DNA of 64,000 nucleotides from Octopus vulgaris (Eukaryota): NCBI GenBank assembly GCA_951406725.2, contig OX597816.1, positions 74,586,001 to 74,650,000 of the forward strand, read 5' to 3'. Shown piece by piece: positions 1 to 13,846 of this stretch (position 1 is its first letter; each line of letters starts with the position of its first letter). The notes under the pieces were generated by a model. It saw only the letters and a program-made list of their open reading frames with translations, ran no database searches and was not told where the DNA came from. The position numbers and the translations under genes were made by a program.

Positions 1-1150
1 CTTTTCTAAAGAACTTATTTGGTTCTATTGAAAGTATCTAATTACAGACTCTTTTTATTATAATAACATTAGTAATCAATGCAAGTAATAGTAATTCGAT
101 ATTTTTATAGTAAACACCGTTCATTGATGGCAAGTTTTCAGTGGGCTGACGGAGAATAAATCTCGTTTGAGATTCCTTTACTTACATTGCTATAAAACTT
201 TAGGACACGGATATATCATTTCAGTTTCCTGTCATTGTCGTTAAACATTAAGTTAAAGTCAGCCTCATTCAGATGGCAAACTGGCAGACTCATTAAATCG
301 TTGGAGACTTGGAAAGAGCTTCTTTGTGTAAGCTGTTTCCTAGCCTGTCTAAAACTCCGCATACCAGATGCTAGCAGGAAGATGTAGGGCTCATCAGGAA
401 AGAATGCGCAACATTCCGAAGCATTTCTCTTGGCGGCGGATGTACAGCGCACTGGCCATCCCTCGCTGACGTGAGGTCCCACCTGCTCAGTCGACCGACT
501 AATATTCGATCTTAATTCCTTTTCAGAATCGTCCACCTTTCAAACTGAGGAGTCATGACGTCTGATTGCCATCTAAGCAGGCAGGTACCTGCTTCACACC
601 AACACATCACCTCTCCAGCAAGGGTTCCTCATTCCTTTTCTTTGTTTCCGATTTTCGATTAAGGTCAGATTTCACCAGTACTTGAACGGTATTTCTTTAA
701 CGATCCTTCTAGGATCGATGATTAAAGAACCAGTCATGTACTGGGGTTGATTCTTTGCTTTCTCTAAATAGACTACTAGAAGAGCTGAAGAAGATCTCTC
801 ACAACCTTTTTACTCTTTTCTCCAGCGACGAATATCTGTCGAGTGATAGGCGAGCAAACTCTTCTCTGAAAAAGCTCATGGATGGCCTGATTTGCAATAC
901 AATACACCATGAAACAGTCATATTCCACCTTAATAATATCGGTAATAAAGCAGTTTCAAATACGAACCAGGAATTCATTAGCCTTTGTTAGAAAACGCAA
1001 TCAAGATGACAAAAAAAGAAGATAACTGTTACGTAAGCAGTAATTATTATTTAAAGAGCAATATAAAATATATAGTTTGAAAATTTTGAACTTCAAATAT
1101 GCATCTTACAAAGACTCATTACATATATATATATATATACATAATACATA

Positions 1151-1206
<56 letters not shown>

Positions 1207-1276
1207 CACATATAAGTACCTCATTTGGTGAGGGATAAATAATATTTAATCTAAAGGTCACAATACATGTATGAAA

Positions 1277-1323
1277 GCGCTACTAACAGTTTTCATATGT
1301 TCAGAAACATATTCTTCAGGCGC
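1277..1323 (-). ncRNA. Minimal type I hammerhead ribozyme motif
   Basis: Minus strand reads gcgc-CTGAAGA-ATATGTT(tctg)AACATAT-GAAA-ACTgttAGT-A-gcgc. Stem I, core, a 7-bp stem II and a GUA site are present, with one extra A after GAAA. Confidence 0.75.
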
Positions 1324-2011
1324 AAACCACATGTCATAACGAGCTAAAGAAATTGAATAATAAAAGAAACGCGAAAAAATTGAGACGGCAGCATATAGAA
1401 TATGGGTCTTCTTATCAGTTGTATGACTAAATCTATCTTATATGAGTCAGAATTTACTGATAAGAAGACATATTGGATTATGTGAAGGTGAATTTAGAAA
1501 TCGCTATGCCAATCACATAGCCTCCTTCCTACATAGGGACAACAAGTAAAGCTACTAAGTTGGCTAGCTACGTATGGACTTTGAAAGATAACGAAATACC
1601 GCATGTGATTAAATGGAAAGTAATTGAGAAATCCATACCTTATGTGAATGGATCGAATAAATGTAGACTTTGGCTGAAAAAGCGCAGATTCTGTTCAGAT
1701 CTAAGATCCTTAACTCTCTATTGAACTCCAGGTCAGAAATTTTCAGTGATTGCATGCATATGTATAAATATATTTTGAAGAATTGGAAATTCCGCATATT
1801 CCGTCCTGACTGACTTGATACCTTTCCAGCCTTTTCCTTAAAGTGCAAGGAGGATAGCTCTTCTACATTCTTACTTTTTATTTTTTATATTTCAGTTTTT
1901 GTTTTTGGTTTTCCGTTATTCGTTTTCCCTTGTTTACTGTCTGCATTTTCTATATGCTGCCTTCTCAGTTTTTTCGCGTTTCTTCTATTATTCAATTTCT
2001 TTAGTTCGTTT

Positions 2012-2053
2012 GCGCCTGAAGAATATGTTTGAGTTTGAAATTATCAGTAGCGC
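2012..2053 (+). ncRNA. Degenerate hammerhead motif (3' pLTR copy)
   Basis: gcgc-CTGAAGA-atatgtttgagttt-GAAA-ttatca-GTA-gcgc. The core is retained but stem II is disrupted. A further partial inverted copy lies at ~2060-2095. Confidence 0.55.
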
Positions 2054-2361
2054 TTTAATAGTTTTAAACTCAAACACATTCTTCAGGTGCAAACTCTGAA
2101 ACTATTTGTAGCGCTAAATGGAGACGAGTATCATTTCCACGTAGTTCGTTTGAACAAGTGTGGAGAGCGCTTTTACATGAAACCGTTGGTTGCCATGTTA
2201 ATCCACAAATAAACAAGAATAAAGCGAATAGATATTTTTTTTATTCTTGTTTACTATAAATTACACTGCATAAAATGTAGGAATTATTCAATTGATACGT
2301 ACATGGATTTTCAGGATACTCGGCACTTGTAAATAACTATTTCACCCCTATATCAGCTACT

Positions 2362-2400
2362 GATCTGAATGGTTAAATTACCGAAACATTCGGTGTAATC
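2362..2400 (+). ncRNA. Degenerate hammerhead-like motif
   Basis: gat-CTGAAT-GGT(taaatt)ACC-GAAAC-attcggt-GTA-atc. Three stems are present but the left core is incomplete. Confidence 0.4.
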
Positions 2401-2476
2401 TATCAAGCCAAAAATACGCGGTGCTTCGCTGTTAATTTGCCTTGATCTAATTGTTCCCTTTCTTTTTTCTCTATTT

Positions 2477-2536
<60 letters not shown>

Positions 2537-2579
2537 ACACACACACACACACACAGACACACATACATACATACATATG

Positions 2580-2622
<43 letters not shown>

Positions 2623-2628
<6 letters not shown>

Positions 2629-2942
2629 GAAAAACCACTATTATGTAATTCAAACAATGATAGACATAAACCAAATCATAAATAAAAAATAAAATATGTT
2701 ATAAAACATATAGCTAGATCACAAAAAGTACAAAAAAATGAATAAACAATATATATGATCTAGTTATATGTTTTATAATATATTTTATTTTATAATACAT
2801 TTTATTTTTTCTTTATGATTTGGTTTATGTCTATCATTGTTTGAATTACATAATAGTGGTTTTTCTCTAATTTATATAGTGAAATTTGATTTAATACTAA
2901 GTTGAATTTTTTCCCTGTAAGTTTGGAGTTATACTTCCTAAT
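2623..2942. repeat. (TA)n-flanked fold-back repeat, same family as 41047-41430
   Basis: ttagagaaaaaccactattatgtaattcaaacaatgatagacataaaccaaatc (from 2623) is mirrored by its reverse complement ending ~2870. Confidence 0.85.
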
Positions 2943-2949
2943 ATATATG

Positions 2950-2990
<41 letters not shown>

Positions 2991-3721
2991 GAACAATATT
3001 AAGAGTTATGGGAAAGGGCATAGAAATGTGCTTTTGGCACAAGTTGTATAAAATATTTTTTCTGGCAGAAGAATATAAAACTCCAGAAATAATGCAACAT
3101 GCTCTGAAGATTGCCAGACTCTTTAAAATAAGTTGCTGAAAACTGAGAATCGTGATTAGGATAAGGTTACTTGATGGCAAGTATAACTTGCTCGTTCGCT
3201 GCCAGATTAGTTGATAATATCATGACAAAAATGTAAACGGAAGTTTTCTAAACACGAACAACTAAGGAACTGAGAAAAATATGTCTATTTTATAGTTTTA
3301 AGTTTCACAGATGATGTTGAGATTTTAATGTCTTATAAAATCTATTTCTGTAGTTAGAGTACGAGACCTCTGTGTATGTGTGTGTGTATGTGTGTGTGTG
3401 TGTTCATTTGTGTCTGTGTGTGTGTGTGTGTAATCAAACTACTAATGTATTCTTTATTCACTACGACAAGCAATTCACAAGCTTAAAAGGTACAAGCTAT
3501 CTAAAGAAGCCAAAGTATTGTCGTTCCACTAACTAGAAATAGTAATCAAATTTCCATCAACTCGTATCGTATTGTCTTAAAAAAGAGGATACATAGTCCT
3601 TGGTACATTATATGTGAAAAAGAATGGAATGGCCACAGCTGGAAAGTCTTTAATAAGCAATCCGACTAGGACTGGCTTGAAGTTAAACAAAAATTACTGC
3701 AAATATATTTTAAATACTCAC

Positions 3722-5317
3722 GTTTTATACACAGAGTGCCGTTTCCGCTGGTTCTATATCCAGATAAACACACACAGTTGTTTTCAGAACATTTACTGTG
3801 AAGCACTGCATCGCTACAGTCAGTCTGCAGATGACAGCTGTCACCAACTATTCGTTTCTGACATGTAAAACCATTGTCTAGTACTTTAAACCCTGAATTA
3901 CAGAAGCAAGTATGTTCGGTACAGTTACTGTTAGGAACAGAAGCTGAGCAGTCATTGTTTCTATTACAGGTAGTATCCCCTATTTTTCGTCGTGTACATG
4001 TATCATTCATTTCAGAGACTTGATATCCAGTGTTGCACTGGCAGAATCCCCGTTGGCAATTTGAATCAGAGACTGCTGTTCGACAGTCTTTTTGGCGATG
4101 GCAAGAATCATAAATTTTGATCAAACGACAGGCTGTCATATTCAGATGAGCCATGTAACCAGCTTCACACTCACAGCCGCTTTTACCACACTTACTGTTT
4201 TCTATCGCATCTAAACAATCAGTCTCCTTGACACAGGTGTCTCCGATTCTTCGAAGATAGCAACTCTCTAAATCGTTAGTGGATCTGAATCCAGATAAAC
4301 AGAAGCAAATTCCATTAAGGCATTCACTATTTTTTATTACGTCACTGCAGTCTGTGTTTAAGATGCAATTTTCGTCTCCTACTCTCCTTTTTAAACAAGA
4401 GGCATTGTCATTTGCTGCATAATAACCAGAATTGCATAGGCATTGTCCGCTGGTGCAATTACTGCTTTCAACCGCTTTATTACAATCATCATTTGTTTGG
4501 CATGTTCGATCGAATATTTTTCTTTTAATACATTCACTTCCTTGATTCGAAGAATGGTAACCAGTGATACAGTTGCAAACCTTCGTAATATTGTTGCATT
4601 CACTATTTGCAATTGCATCGATACAATCCGTTTGGGATTTGCACACGTCACCGATTGTCCGTTTACGACATTCAGTCCCGTTTTTGTTTACTCTATATCC
4701 TGACAAGCATGAACATAGTTTATCACAGAAGCTATTCTCCACTGCATCCGAACAGTCTGTATCCAGTAAACAGTGGTCATGTCCAATCTTCCGGAGATGA
4801 CATTCAGTTTTGCTCTGAGACGCTCGGTAACCAGAATTACACTTACATACATCCGACGTACAATTACTGTTGGAAACAGCCGAGCTGCAATCAGGGTGCA
4901 GCTTACAGCTATCTCCGAGTTGACGCTTCAGACATTTTGCATTAAAATGAGAGGCAATATAGCCAGTTTGACACTGACATTTATCCTGAGAGCAATTAGA
5001 GTGTGATATTACAGCAGAACAGTCTTCGTCCTTGGAACAATTGTCATTTATCGTTCGACGAATGCAATGCTTTTCTTGAGAGTCGGGTATATAGCCTAGG
5101 AGACACAGGCATCTGTGCTTAAAACACCGACTATGTCTAACTGACTGACACGCTCCATCAGACATACAAATATCGTTGAGCTTTCGTATAATACATTTAG
5201 TATCATCAAAAGACGAATAGCGAACCTCGTCGCAAACACATTTCTCATCCTTGCAGTGACTTCCCTCAATTGCATCACTGCAATCGGAACCTTCTGAACA
5301 CTTACTGCCGATGATAT
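3722..5317 (-). CDS. Exon encoding 12 tandem six-cysteine EB/EGF-like modules of a Cys-rich extracellular protein (ORF 3666-5366)
   Basis: 566-aa ORF with 12 repeats of [RK]IGDxC-x5-C-x8-C-x4-CxC-xxG[YF]-x8-C and about 11 NxS/T sequons. Acceptor ttttattttcag|AT at 5318/5317 and donor AAAC|gtgagt at 3722/3721. The exon is 1596 nt, phase 1-1. The ATG at 5366 may be an alternative start. Confidence 0.93.
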
Positions 5318-6748
5318 CTGAAAATAAAATAACACAATGAAAAAGTAATAAAACAAAAAGAAGCATTGCGATTATTCAGATTACATTATTTCCTAATTTT
5401 GATATTTAAGAAACCAATTAAAACAACAAAAATAACAGTAAAAGTGAAAAGCCAGATTGAATTGCACCACAAGTCTATGTATTTGGGGATGAGATTTTGT
5501 TGTTTCGATCTCCATTGTGCGCTGAGACTACAATAAAAGAATGCCTATATTTTACAAGGGACAGTCACAAACACATACACCTATACGAATTCTCCAGAAT
5601 ATAAACAAGTTATCTTTTAAATAAACGTCTTGGTTGACCTAAAAGTGGCTTCGGGATTTTTTCTTCTTAAAACATTAACAGTAACGTAATTATGTTATTT
5701 TATCAATATGTAATTATAAAGCAAATCAAAAAGATCCGTTTTCAAGCAAATGAATTCAATTTTATGGATGTCTGTATGCAGTTCCCCATTGGCTAAGTGG
5801 ATAAATTGCTGGTTCCGTGATATTGGGTAGGTGGTTATATTTGTTTTCAGTATCATCATGGGATGGGAACTTTGTAACAATATTCTCAATTTGGCAGCAA
5901 ATTAGTGACTAAAATTTGGAGGAAAGACAAAGGAGGAAGAATTATGTCCATGGTTTGTTCTTTTCAATGTTGTGATGTAGTTGTTGCAGTTAGTCCCAGG
6001 TCAACTGTGATCAAACAGTCCGGTGGTCAAAAGAATTCTTTTCGTGACCTGTTTGCCCCTTAAAGGAGGGTGTATAGAATTGCAACATCTAAGATATCAT
6101 TTCTTTATTTTTTGTACATCAGGTGACTGTTTAAAGGCAGCCACATTGGACTCAGTGATTTAGTGGAATGAAGTGACAACTGAGATTCAAAACTCGTTCG
6201 CGACTTTGGCATAATTTGTAGCCATTGATTTGAGATATTCTGGCAAGGTATCCGTTCCATCTACCTTATGAGAAAACTGTAAAGAACACAGTCTCTTCTT
6301 CTCCTCCCTTGACAAACTTATGAAATCCAAGTCGATCCTGCAACATTTGTTGCACCTAGTTTATTTTACCAGTCTTTTTTCACTCCTCTCGATGGGGTTA
6401 GTAGTAGTAACCATCAATATTGTTAACATTATCAAAGCCCCTTCTCCCTCACATATTGCTTTATAATATATAAGTATTTCTGAGTCTTTAAATACTCACT
6501 TTTGTAACACTTATCTTTGGCTTCCTTCGCAAAGAACGCCCGCCGACATGTACATACACTGTCTCGACATTCTGCTTCCTTGATTTGGCAGTCGCTATCT
6601 TTTTGGCAGGAATCACCAATTTTACCTTAAAGAAAGAAAACGAAGAGAATTAAAAATAACAAATTCGCCTCATTAGTCACGTTTATTCATTTTGTGATAG
6701 AAACGCTGCCGACGACAACGACGAAGAGAAGAAGAAGGAGGATGGCGA

Positions 6749-6783
<35 letters not shown>

Positions 6784-7017
6784 TTATTGTTTCTTGGGAG
6801 AGTCATTCTCTTTTAATGTCTTATTAACACACACACACACACCGATTCGATTTCCACTCATTTTTTTTTCTAAAATTTTCGTTGCGTCTTGCAACCTTTT
6901 CAATAGTCGTTGAATAATAAGATACTAAAAGAGAATGATTCTCCCCAGACACAATGAAATATGCTTCAACACACGAATTCACATAAAGAATCTTGCAAAC
7001 CAAATACAAAAACAAAA

Positions 7018-7029
7018 TTATTATTGTTG

Positions 7030-7087
<58 letters not shown>

Positions 7088-7091
7088 CATC

Positions 7092-7139
<48 letters not shown>

Positions 7140-7140
7140 T
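7018..7140. repeat. Compound (TAT)n/(AGT)n trinucleotide microsatellite
   Basis: Directly visible; explains the poly-L/I/V/S ORFs. Confidence 0.95.
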
Positions 7141-10100
7141 CCATCTTGGTCACAAAGAGGTATATTTTGAGATAAGAATTTTAATCGATTTAATTGCCCT
7201 GGTACGTGACTGTGATTAATTTTTATCTTTCTGAAGCCAAGAAAGAATAAATAGTCGCAAAGTTGTAAGAAATGCTGGACAGGCTAGTAAAAGCAGCTAC
7301 ATCCCTCAAATACAAACTAGCCATTAAAAGTTAAACATTGGACATATTCCTTTGATATACCAATGACGAAATGGCTCTGATTGAGATGCTTTTATCATAG
7401 GTTTACTCAACCAGAACAGGCCTGGGACTAAAGAGCCATTAGCAGAGTATAAGTTAGATCAATACCGAAATGAGGGCGCCTCGACCTGCTAGACATAGGA
7501 ACTAAATTGATTCAAATCAAACTCTACTGTCTGAGAAAGAAAATCAGACATCAAGAGTACACTGTTTTGACAAGCCAGCGAATGAGCCTCAACATGGTCA
7601 CACGATCTGCTAGAAATAGCAGTCCAATTCCCTCAAGTCCCTTCGTATTCTGGTAAAAAAAACATGGATAGTGTGGCTCTGGTTTCCGTAGGTGTTGGAA
7701 AACATTCGGATGTTTAAGATGGAATACCTTTTACTATTGATCTGCTCGATCAACGCTGACCCAGGGATAAACAATAAGTATGTCAAAAAACAAAGTGAGT
7801 TTGTCATGGCTGGAACGCCTTTGATCTTAGTTCTGTTCGGTGAGCATGGTCCTGGATCTAAACGACAATAACAACAAACGCGACAACAAATAAATTTAGC
7901 CGAGAAGGATCGGGGTTAGCAATGCAAATGGAAACCGTTTCAATCGACTAAAGACTAAACAGCGAAATGTGTAGTTTGAATTGGATACACAGGAAATACA
8001 AAAAATATAATACGATAAAAAAAAAGAGGCAAACAGAAAACGCGAAATTCCTCATCGCTTGAAATGATATCCGATAAATTTAATTACTATCTAAATAAAT
8101 ACTCTTAAGTTGTGAAATATAACAGAAAGGGTATAAATTGATCCTAAAGGAATATATTTCTATACTACATGGATATTTTACAGTTACACTCTACATCTTT
8201 CTACCTCCCATTATCTCCAAACTATATTAGCATAACATGCATATTTGGAGAGAAAATAAGCCTGATCTAGAAGCAACCGTGTAGTCATACTTGCTAATTT
8301 AAGAAGATACATACTTAAAACCCAAACTATATCAGACGTAGAAATAGAACACTTTATCAAAAATATGCATAAAGAAAACACAACGAACAGAAAACAAGTA
8401 CAAAAACGAAATTACACATTTAAAAAAAACACTAAATATTAAAACAATAAACGCTGAAAACATGCATCCTAAACATAGACACAGTGCAAAAATATCAAAG
8501 AAAATATATAAATACATAACAAAACACAATGAAACCCTATCATAAGCACAGAAGATGTCCAACAAAATCTAAACCAGAACTATATCAACAACAATATGCA
8601 TGCAAGGAAATACGAGGAAGATCTAAGTATAGAAAAGTAGAAATGTTGAATATGATAATAATCTAAAGGTGAAAATAGTTAAAGATTTAGAATTTGTGTA
8701 GACCAATGAAAGATCTCCAGAAGATAAAACCCAAATAACAACAATTAATTAACAAAGCAAAAGTCAAACTCAAGCATTGGTGGAATTTGAACGCAGACAT
8801 TAAAGCGTCGTAGTTAAATACTATTAAACAGCTTAGCTTACGCTCTCAGGAATTTTTTGTTTTACACTTTAACAATTTTGCTGATTCTTTCCGTCTTTGA
8901 CTTCTGACACTGGCACGAGGCGACACATTTTTGGAGAGAAGGATTATAGTCGATTGGTTAGTGTTTTATTTTATCGATGCCGAAAGAAGAAACAATGTCG
9001 ACCTTGACGGGATTCGAACACAGAAACAAATAGTAGCTAAATCCTTACAAAGCATTTTCCCCACTCTCTACTTATTCTGCCGATCAATCGCACTAATGTT
9101 CGTAGTAATGAAAAAAAAAATCATTTCTGATAGGCACAAGGCCAGCAAGTTTGCTGGAAGAGGCTAGTTATTGTCATCAGGCCCTTACTTAACTGGTACT
9201 TAATTTTATTAACCCCGGAGTGATAAAAGGCAAAGTTAGCCTCGGTGAGATTTGAACTCAGATCATAGAGTTGGAAGAAATCCATAGGGCATTCTTTTTT
9301 TTTTTTCTGACTATCTAACAATTCTGCCAGTTCGCCGCCTTGCTATTTCTACTTTAGACACAAGGGCCGCATTTTTTAAGGGTGAGGGATTCCTCGATAC
9401 CATCGATTTGGTACGAGACTGACACTTAATTTTATTGATCCCAGAGGGACGAAAAGGAAAGTTGACCTCTGCGGGATTTGAACTGAGAATATAAAAACCC
9501 GGAAGAAATACTGCAGGATATTTTTCTGATGCTCTGCAAGTTCGCCACCCTTATAAGAAGTCTGCCAGTTCGTCACCCTTCTAATGATGGCTGTGATTTC
9601 TTTTATTTGCCAGCTGATGAAGGGACGTTGCAAAAACAGTTTACGATTTGGAAGGAGGAGATTGCGCAAAAGAGTGAAGGGAAGAAAGGGAGAGGAGGAG
9701 GAGATAAAAAGTATACATAATATAAAAAATATGTAAACACATGGATGAAGCAATTCTCTTGATATATAAAAGATTCCGATTCCAACGAGTACCATTCAAG
9801 GAACACCATGGATCCAAGGTCACAATGACCACCAATTTTCGTAAATCCTTCAAGACTGGTCATATGTTTAAAAATCAACAATCGCAAGTCGACACCCTTC
9901 GGGTAAAACATGGACGAGGGGTGTATTTTTCTTATTGTTGCTGGTGTTCTTGTTGTTGATATTCAGGACAGTCTTGATTACGTGGATTTTGTTCGAAGAC
10001 ATTTCAGACATTGCCGTTATTTTTTCTGGTAAAATGCACTCATTTTTTTAAAACGGCAGGGGTGTGATGTCAGGAATATTTGGCAGCTATTTCTAGCAGA

Positions 10101-10228
10101 TTGAATGACTGCTTAGAGGGAGGGGGCATCACCAGTTTCGATTTTATTAATACTTCTGAACGTATTGTTCCTGTTTTAATGGACCTGGTTTAACTAACTT
10201 CTAGCATGAAACATTTCACAATGAAATA

Positions 10229-10690
<462 letters not shown>

Positions 10691-11305
10691 GAGAGAGAGT
10701 GAGAGAGAGAGAGAGAGAGTGAGAGAGAGAGAGAGAGAGTGAATGAATAGTGTAGGGGATCCAAAGAAAATAGTCAGAATACAACATTCTAAGCTGGATT
10801 CTGCGTGAGTCATAGATCGGAAGTAATCTACCAAAAAACGAGTCAGAAAACAGGAAAGCCTCGTTCATTTAGATCTTTTGCATTCAGAGCTTCAGCTTTT
10901 GTGAACGAGTTAAAAATATAACGAAATAATTACTTCATTCAAATAATACGCTAAAAATATCTTACTGCGTCTCACTAAGTTCCCTTACCTTCTTGTGGTT
11001 AACTTAAGTATTTCCCCATATTCTTTTTCAGCTGATAGCACCGCCTTGCCACTATTATCAGTCGTAGACTAAACCACCCGTCCCTCGATGCGTACGTACC
11101 ACCCGACTCTGAGTGTTGTTCTGTCTATATCCAATACACGTGTGCATACATACATTCACATACAAATATACATACACACACACACACAACACACACACAC
11201 GCATGCATACACACCACAGACACACATGCACGCATAAAAATACACGGATGCACTCATATAGTCACATACACATGCATGCATATAAATACATAGACGTGCT
11301 CACAT

Positions 11306-11355
<50 letters not shown>

Positions 11356-11475
11356 AATGTACCCGCTCTCGCTTACTTTGCAGCAGTTGTCAGCCACATT
11401 GATGCTTCTTAAATCATAGAATATGTGTGCGTGCATGTTTGTGTGTATGTATATAAATATATGTATAAATGTGTG

Positions 11476-11520
<45 letters not shown>

Positions 11521-11529
11521 TATATACAT

Positions 11530-11790
11530 ACTAAAAATTTAATAAATAAAACATATGCATACATACATACATACATACATATATGTACATACCTACATCT
11601 ATATGTACATATACATGTATATATGGGTACAGGACACCACAAAAAAACGTAGAACACAACGAGAAATGAAAACATAAAAACAAAACAAGGAAACGGGCTT
11701 TTTTTAACCACGAAAAAACAGAGTAAAAGACATACAACACAAGGAATATTCCCCTTCTTCAGTTGCCCCTGTTTCGACTCAATGCGTGTT
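11530..11790. repeat. Dispersed (TA)n-associated repeat, same family as 18388-18605
   Basis: Shares taataaataaaacatatgca..acctacatctatatgt..gtacaggacacca..aacgtagaacac with the copy at 18388. Confidence 0.75.
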
Positions 11791-12231
11791 TGTATGTATG
11801 TATGCATGCATGCATGTAAGTATAAGATCCATGGATCTAAGTGAAGGAAGTCTGTAAGCTTCGGGCAGTCTGTAGTAAGTATTAAAGCAAAGTTCAAGAT
11901 CAAAAATAATCTATTCGCGTCGAAGGTTATGGGATTTTCTCATTTCAAAGTTCTATAAGCTGAAAAAAAAAAAAAACGTTATACCTCACGGTATAATCCG
12001 AATAAAATTCCAAATTGACGGAGTGGAGCAGATAAAATCCAGGCTACATATTTTTCCTAGCTAACAGATCCTCGGATGTGATAATTAGTCAACGAGGGGT
12101 ACCTTAACTATATGAAGTTTGCATTGTCGTTAAGGAATCCCAAGTAAACTCGCCGAAAGTATAGTTTGAAATATTATTATATCAGAGAATCTGCTAACTG
12201 GGAAACATATGTAGCCTGAATTTTACCAGCT

Positions 12232-13846
12232 CCTAGGATGCGGAAAGTCAGCTTCGGCGTATGCGGACGACATCACCGTCATCGTATCCCGAGTCGAGCA
12301 CCTACAGTGGGTGGGTGAGGCCTTAAGGGATTACGAAGCAGTGGCAAGAGCGAAAGTCAACCGGGATAAATCGGTCGGCTTGCAACTCGGCACCTTGAGG
12401 GGCAAATCGATGTCTTCCGACAACGTCGTAGGACGTTGGACGGAAGGGCCGGTGAAAATGCTTGGAATCTGGTTAGGTCCAGATCTCCAGATAGAAAAGA
12501 ATTGGAGCGAGGTGGCGAGAAAGGTGGCTCTCCTAACTCAGACCTGGTCTGAGTGGAAGCTGTCCTTGAAAGGGAGGGTGGAGGTTGCAGAGGTGTTTAT
12601 CGCCTCTGTAATCACTTACCGCCTGACCGTCGTGCCTTGCCCCGATTCGTGGCTGAACAAGCTGTAACGCATGCTCTTTCGCTTTTTGTGGAGGGGTAGC
12701 AGACCTCTTGTAAGGCGCTCTATTTGCTGCCAAAAGCCGCTGAAGGGTGGGTTAGGGATGCCGTGGCTAAAAATGCGCAGACATGCACTCAGGCTTAGGC
12801 ACCTCTGGCTTTACCTGGACGGTGAGCAGGTGTGGTCTCCGTTTCCACAGTTCACATCGTTTACCAAACTGAACCCATGGATCAAGTGTAGATCGAGGTT
12901 GGGCGTGTGGCATGTAGAGTGCCATCAGGCGCTCGTGCTTCTCTCCCAGTCGGGCAACGCCGGTGGCGGGGGTACTACCTCGTTCTTCTATAGAGGGTTA
13001 GTAGAGTTTAAGTGTGACGACGTCCTGGGAGAAACCCTAGGCTTCGACGAAGATCAACTGGCCAGCCTGTTCCAAAGAACATTCGGTCCGGGGCCTATGG
13101 ATAATTACCAAAAGTCCCTGGCCTGGCAATGTTACAGAGGAGCTTTACCGATTTGAGATAAGCTCTTTAGTCATGGGTGTGCACCTTCGTCGGTTTGTGC
13201 AAGATGTGAGAGGGACAGTGAAACTGTCCTGCACGCGATTGTGCAATGCCCCAAAGTAACTGAACTCTGGGCTTATGTCGAACACCTGCTGTCGCATTCG
13301 AGAAGAGTACAACTGTTGAGCGAATCTGTAATTAAGATCGTTCCGCCGACCTCCCTGAATAGGGAGGAGCGAGCCTGTTTTCTCTCGGTAGTTGCTGTGG
13401 CGAAAGAAGTAGTATGGAAGACGAGAGTGAAAGGAATTGCAACAGGCATGTTCATCTCCAGTCTCGAGCTAATCGACTTTTTCGTTTTCCACATGAAACG
13501 GAAAATAAGGCTGGAGAAGAAATGCCTGTCGCAAAGTGTGTTTCGTAAAAGATGGAAGTATATAGCAAGTATGTTGCGAGTGAAAGAACCTGTTTAAACG
13601 AGAATGTAAAAAAAAGAAAGCAAAGTCTTCAGTGTGAGTATGTGGTTTGTGGGGTCAACCGCGTCCTCCGCTTCATTTTTTGTTAATCACTCATTCTCAT
13701 TTAATTGTATATATTTTAATTGTTTGTTTATTCATACGTTTCGTCTCATTCGATACCCTGACCCCAACGTTTGTTTTGTCTGTCCCCGTATTATCCCCTT
13801 TTTTTCTCAACCTTATGGTGAATAAAGAAATACTCTCTCAATTTGG

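Larger units (their letters stand above)
1230..2110 (+). mobile_element. Penelope-like element remnant: GIY-YIG endonuclease C-terminus, 3' pLTR and an inverted 5' pLTR copy
   Basis: Manual translation of ~1418-1795 (with frameshifts and a stop) gives CMTKSILYESEFTDKKTY/IGLCEGEFRNRYANHIASF..KATKLASYVWTLKD..IKWKVIEKSIPY..KCRL..AEKAQIL..LNSRSEIFSDCMH, the Penelope/Neptune endonuclease pattern. 1275-1400 is an inverted copy of ~1945-2055. Confidence 0.85.

Noticed and set aside
216-991. 106-aa and 78-aa ORFs
   Set aside because: No recognisable domain or splice structure. Faint resemblance to a decayed LINE, too weak to call.
3666-3721. C-terminal EYLKYICSNFCLTSSQS of the 566-aa ORF
   Set aside because: It lies past a consensus gtgagt donor at the module boundary and is most likely intron read-through.
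4391-5356. Overlapping short ORFs on other frames and strands
   Set aside because: Shadows of the real Cys-rich exon.
11740-11785. CTGAAGA followed by a stem (minus strand) as a hammerhead
   Set aside because: There is no GAAA after stem II; the nearby GAAAC is upstream and no stems close the junction.
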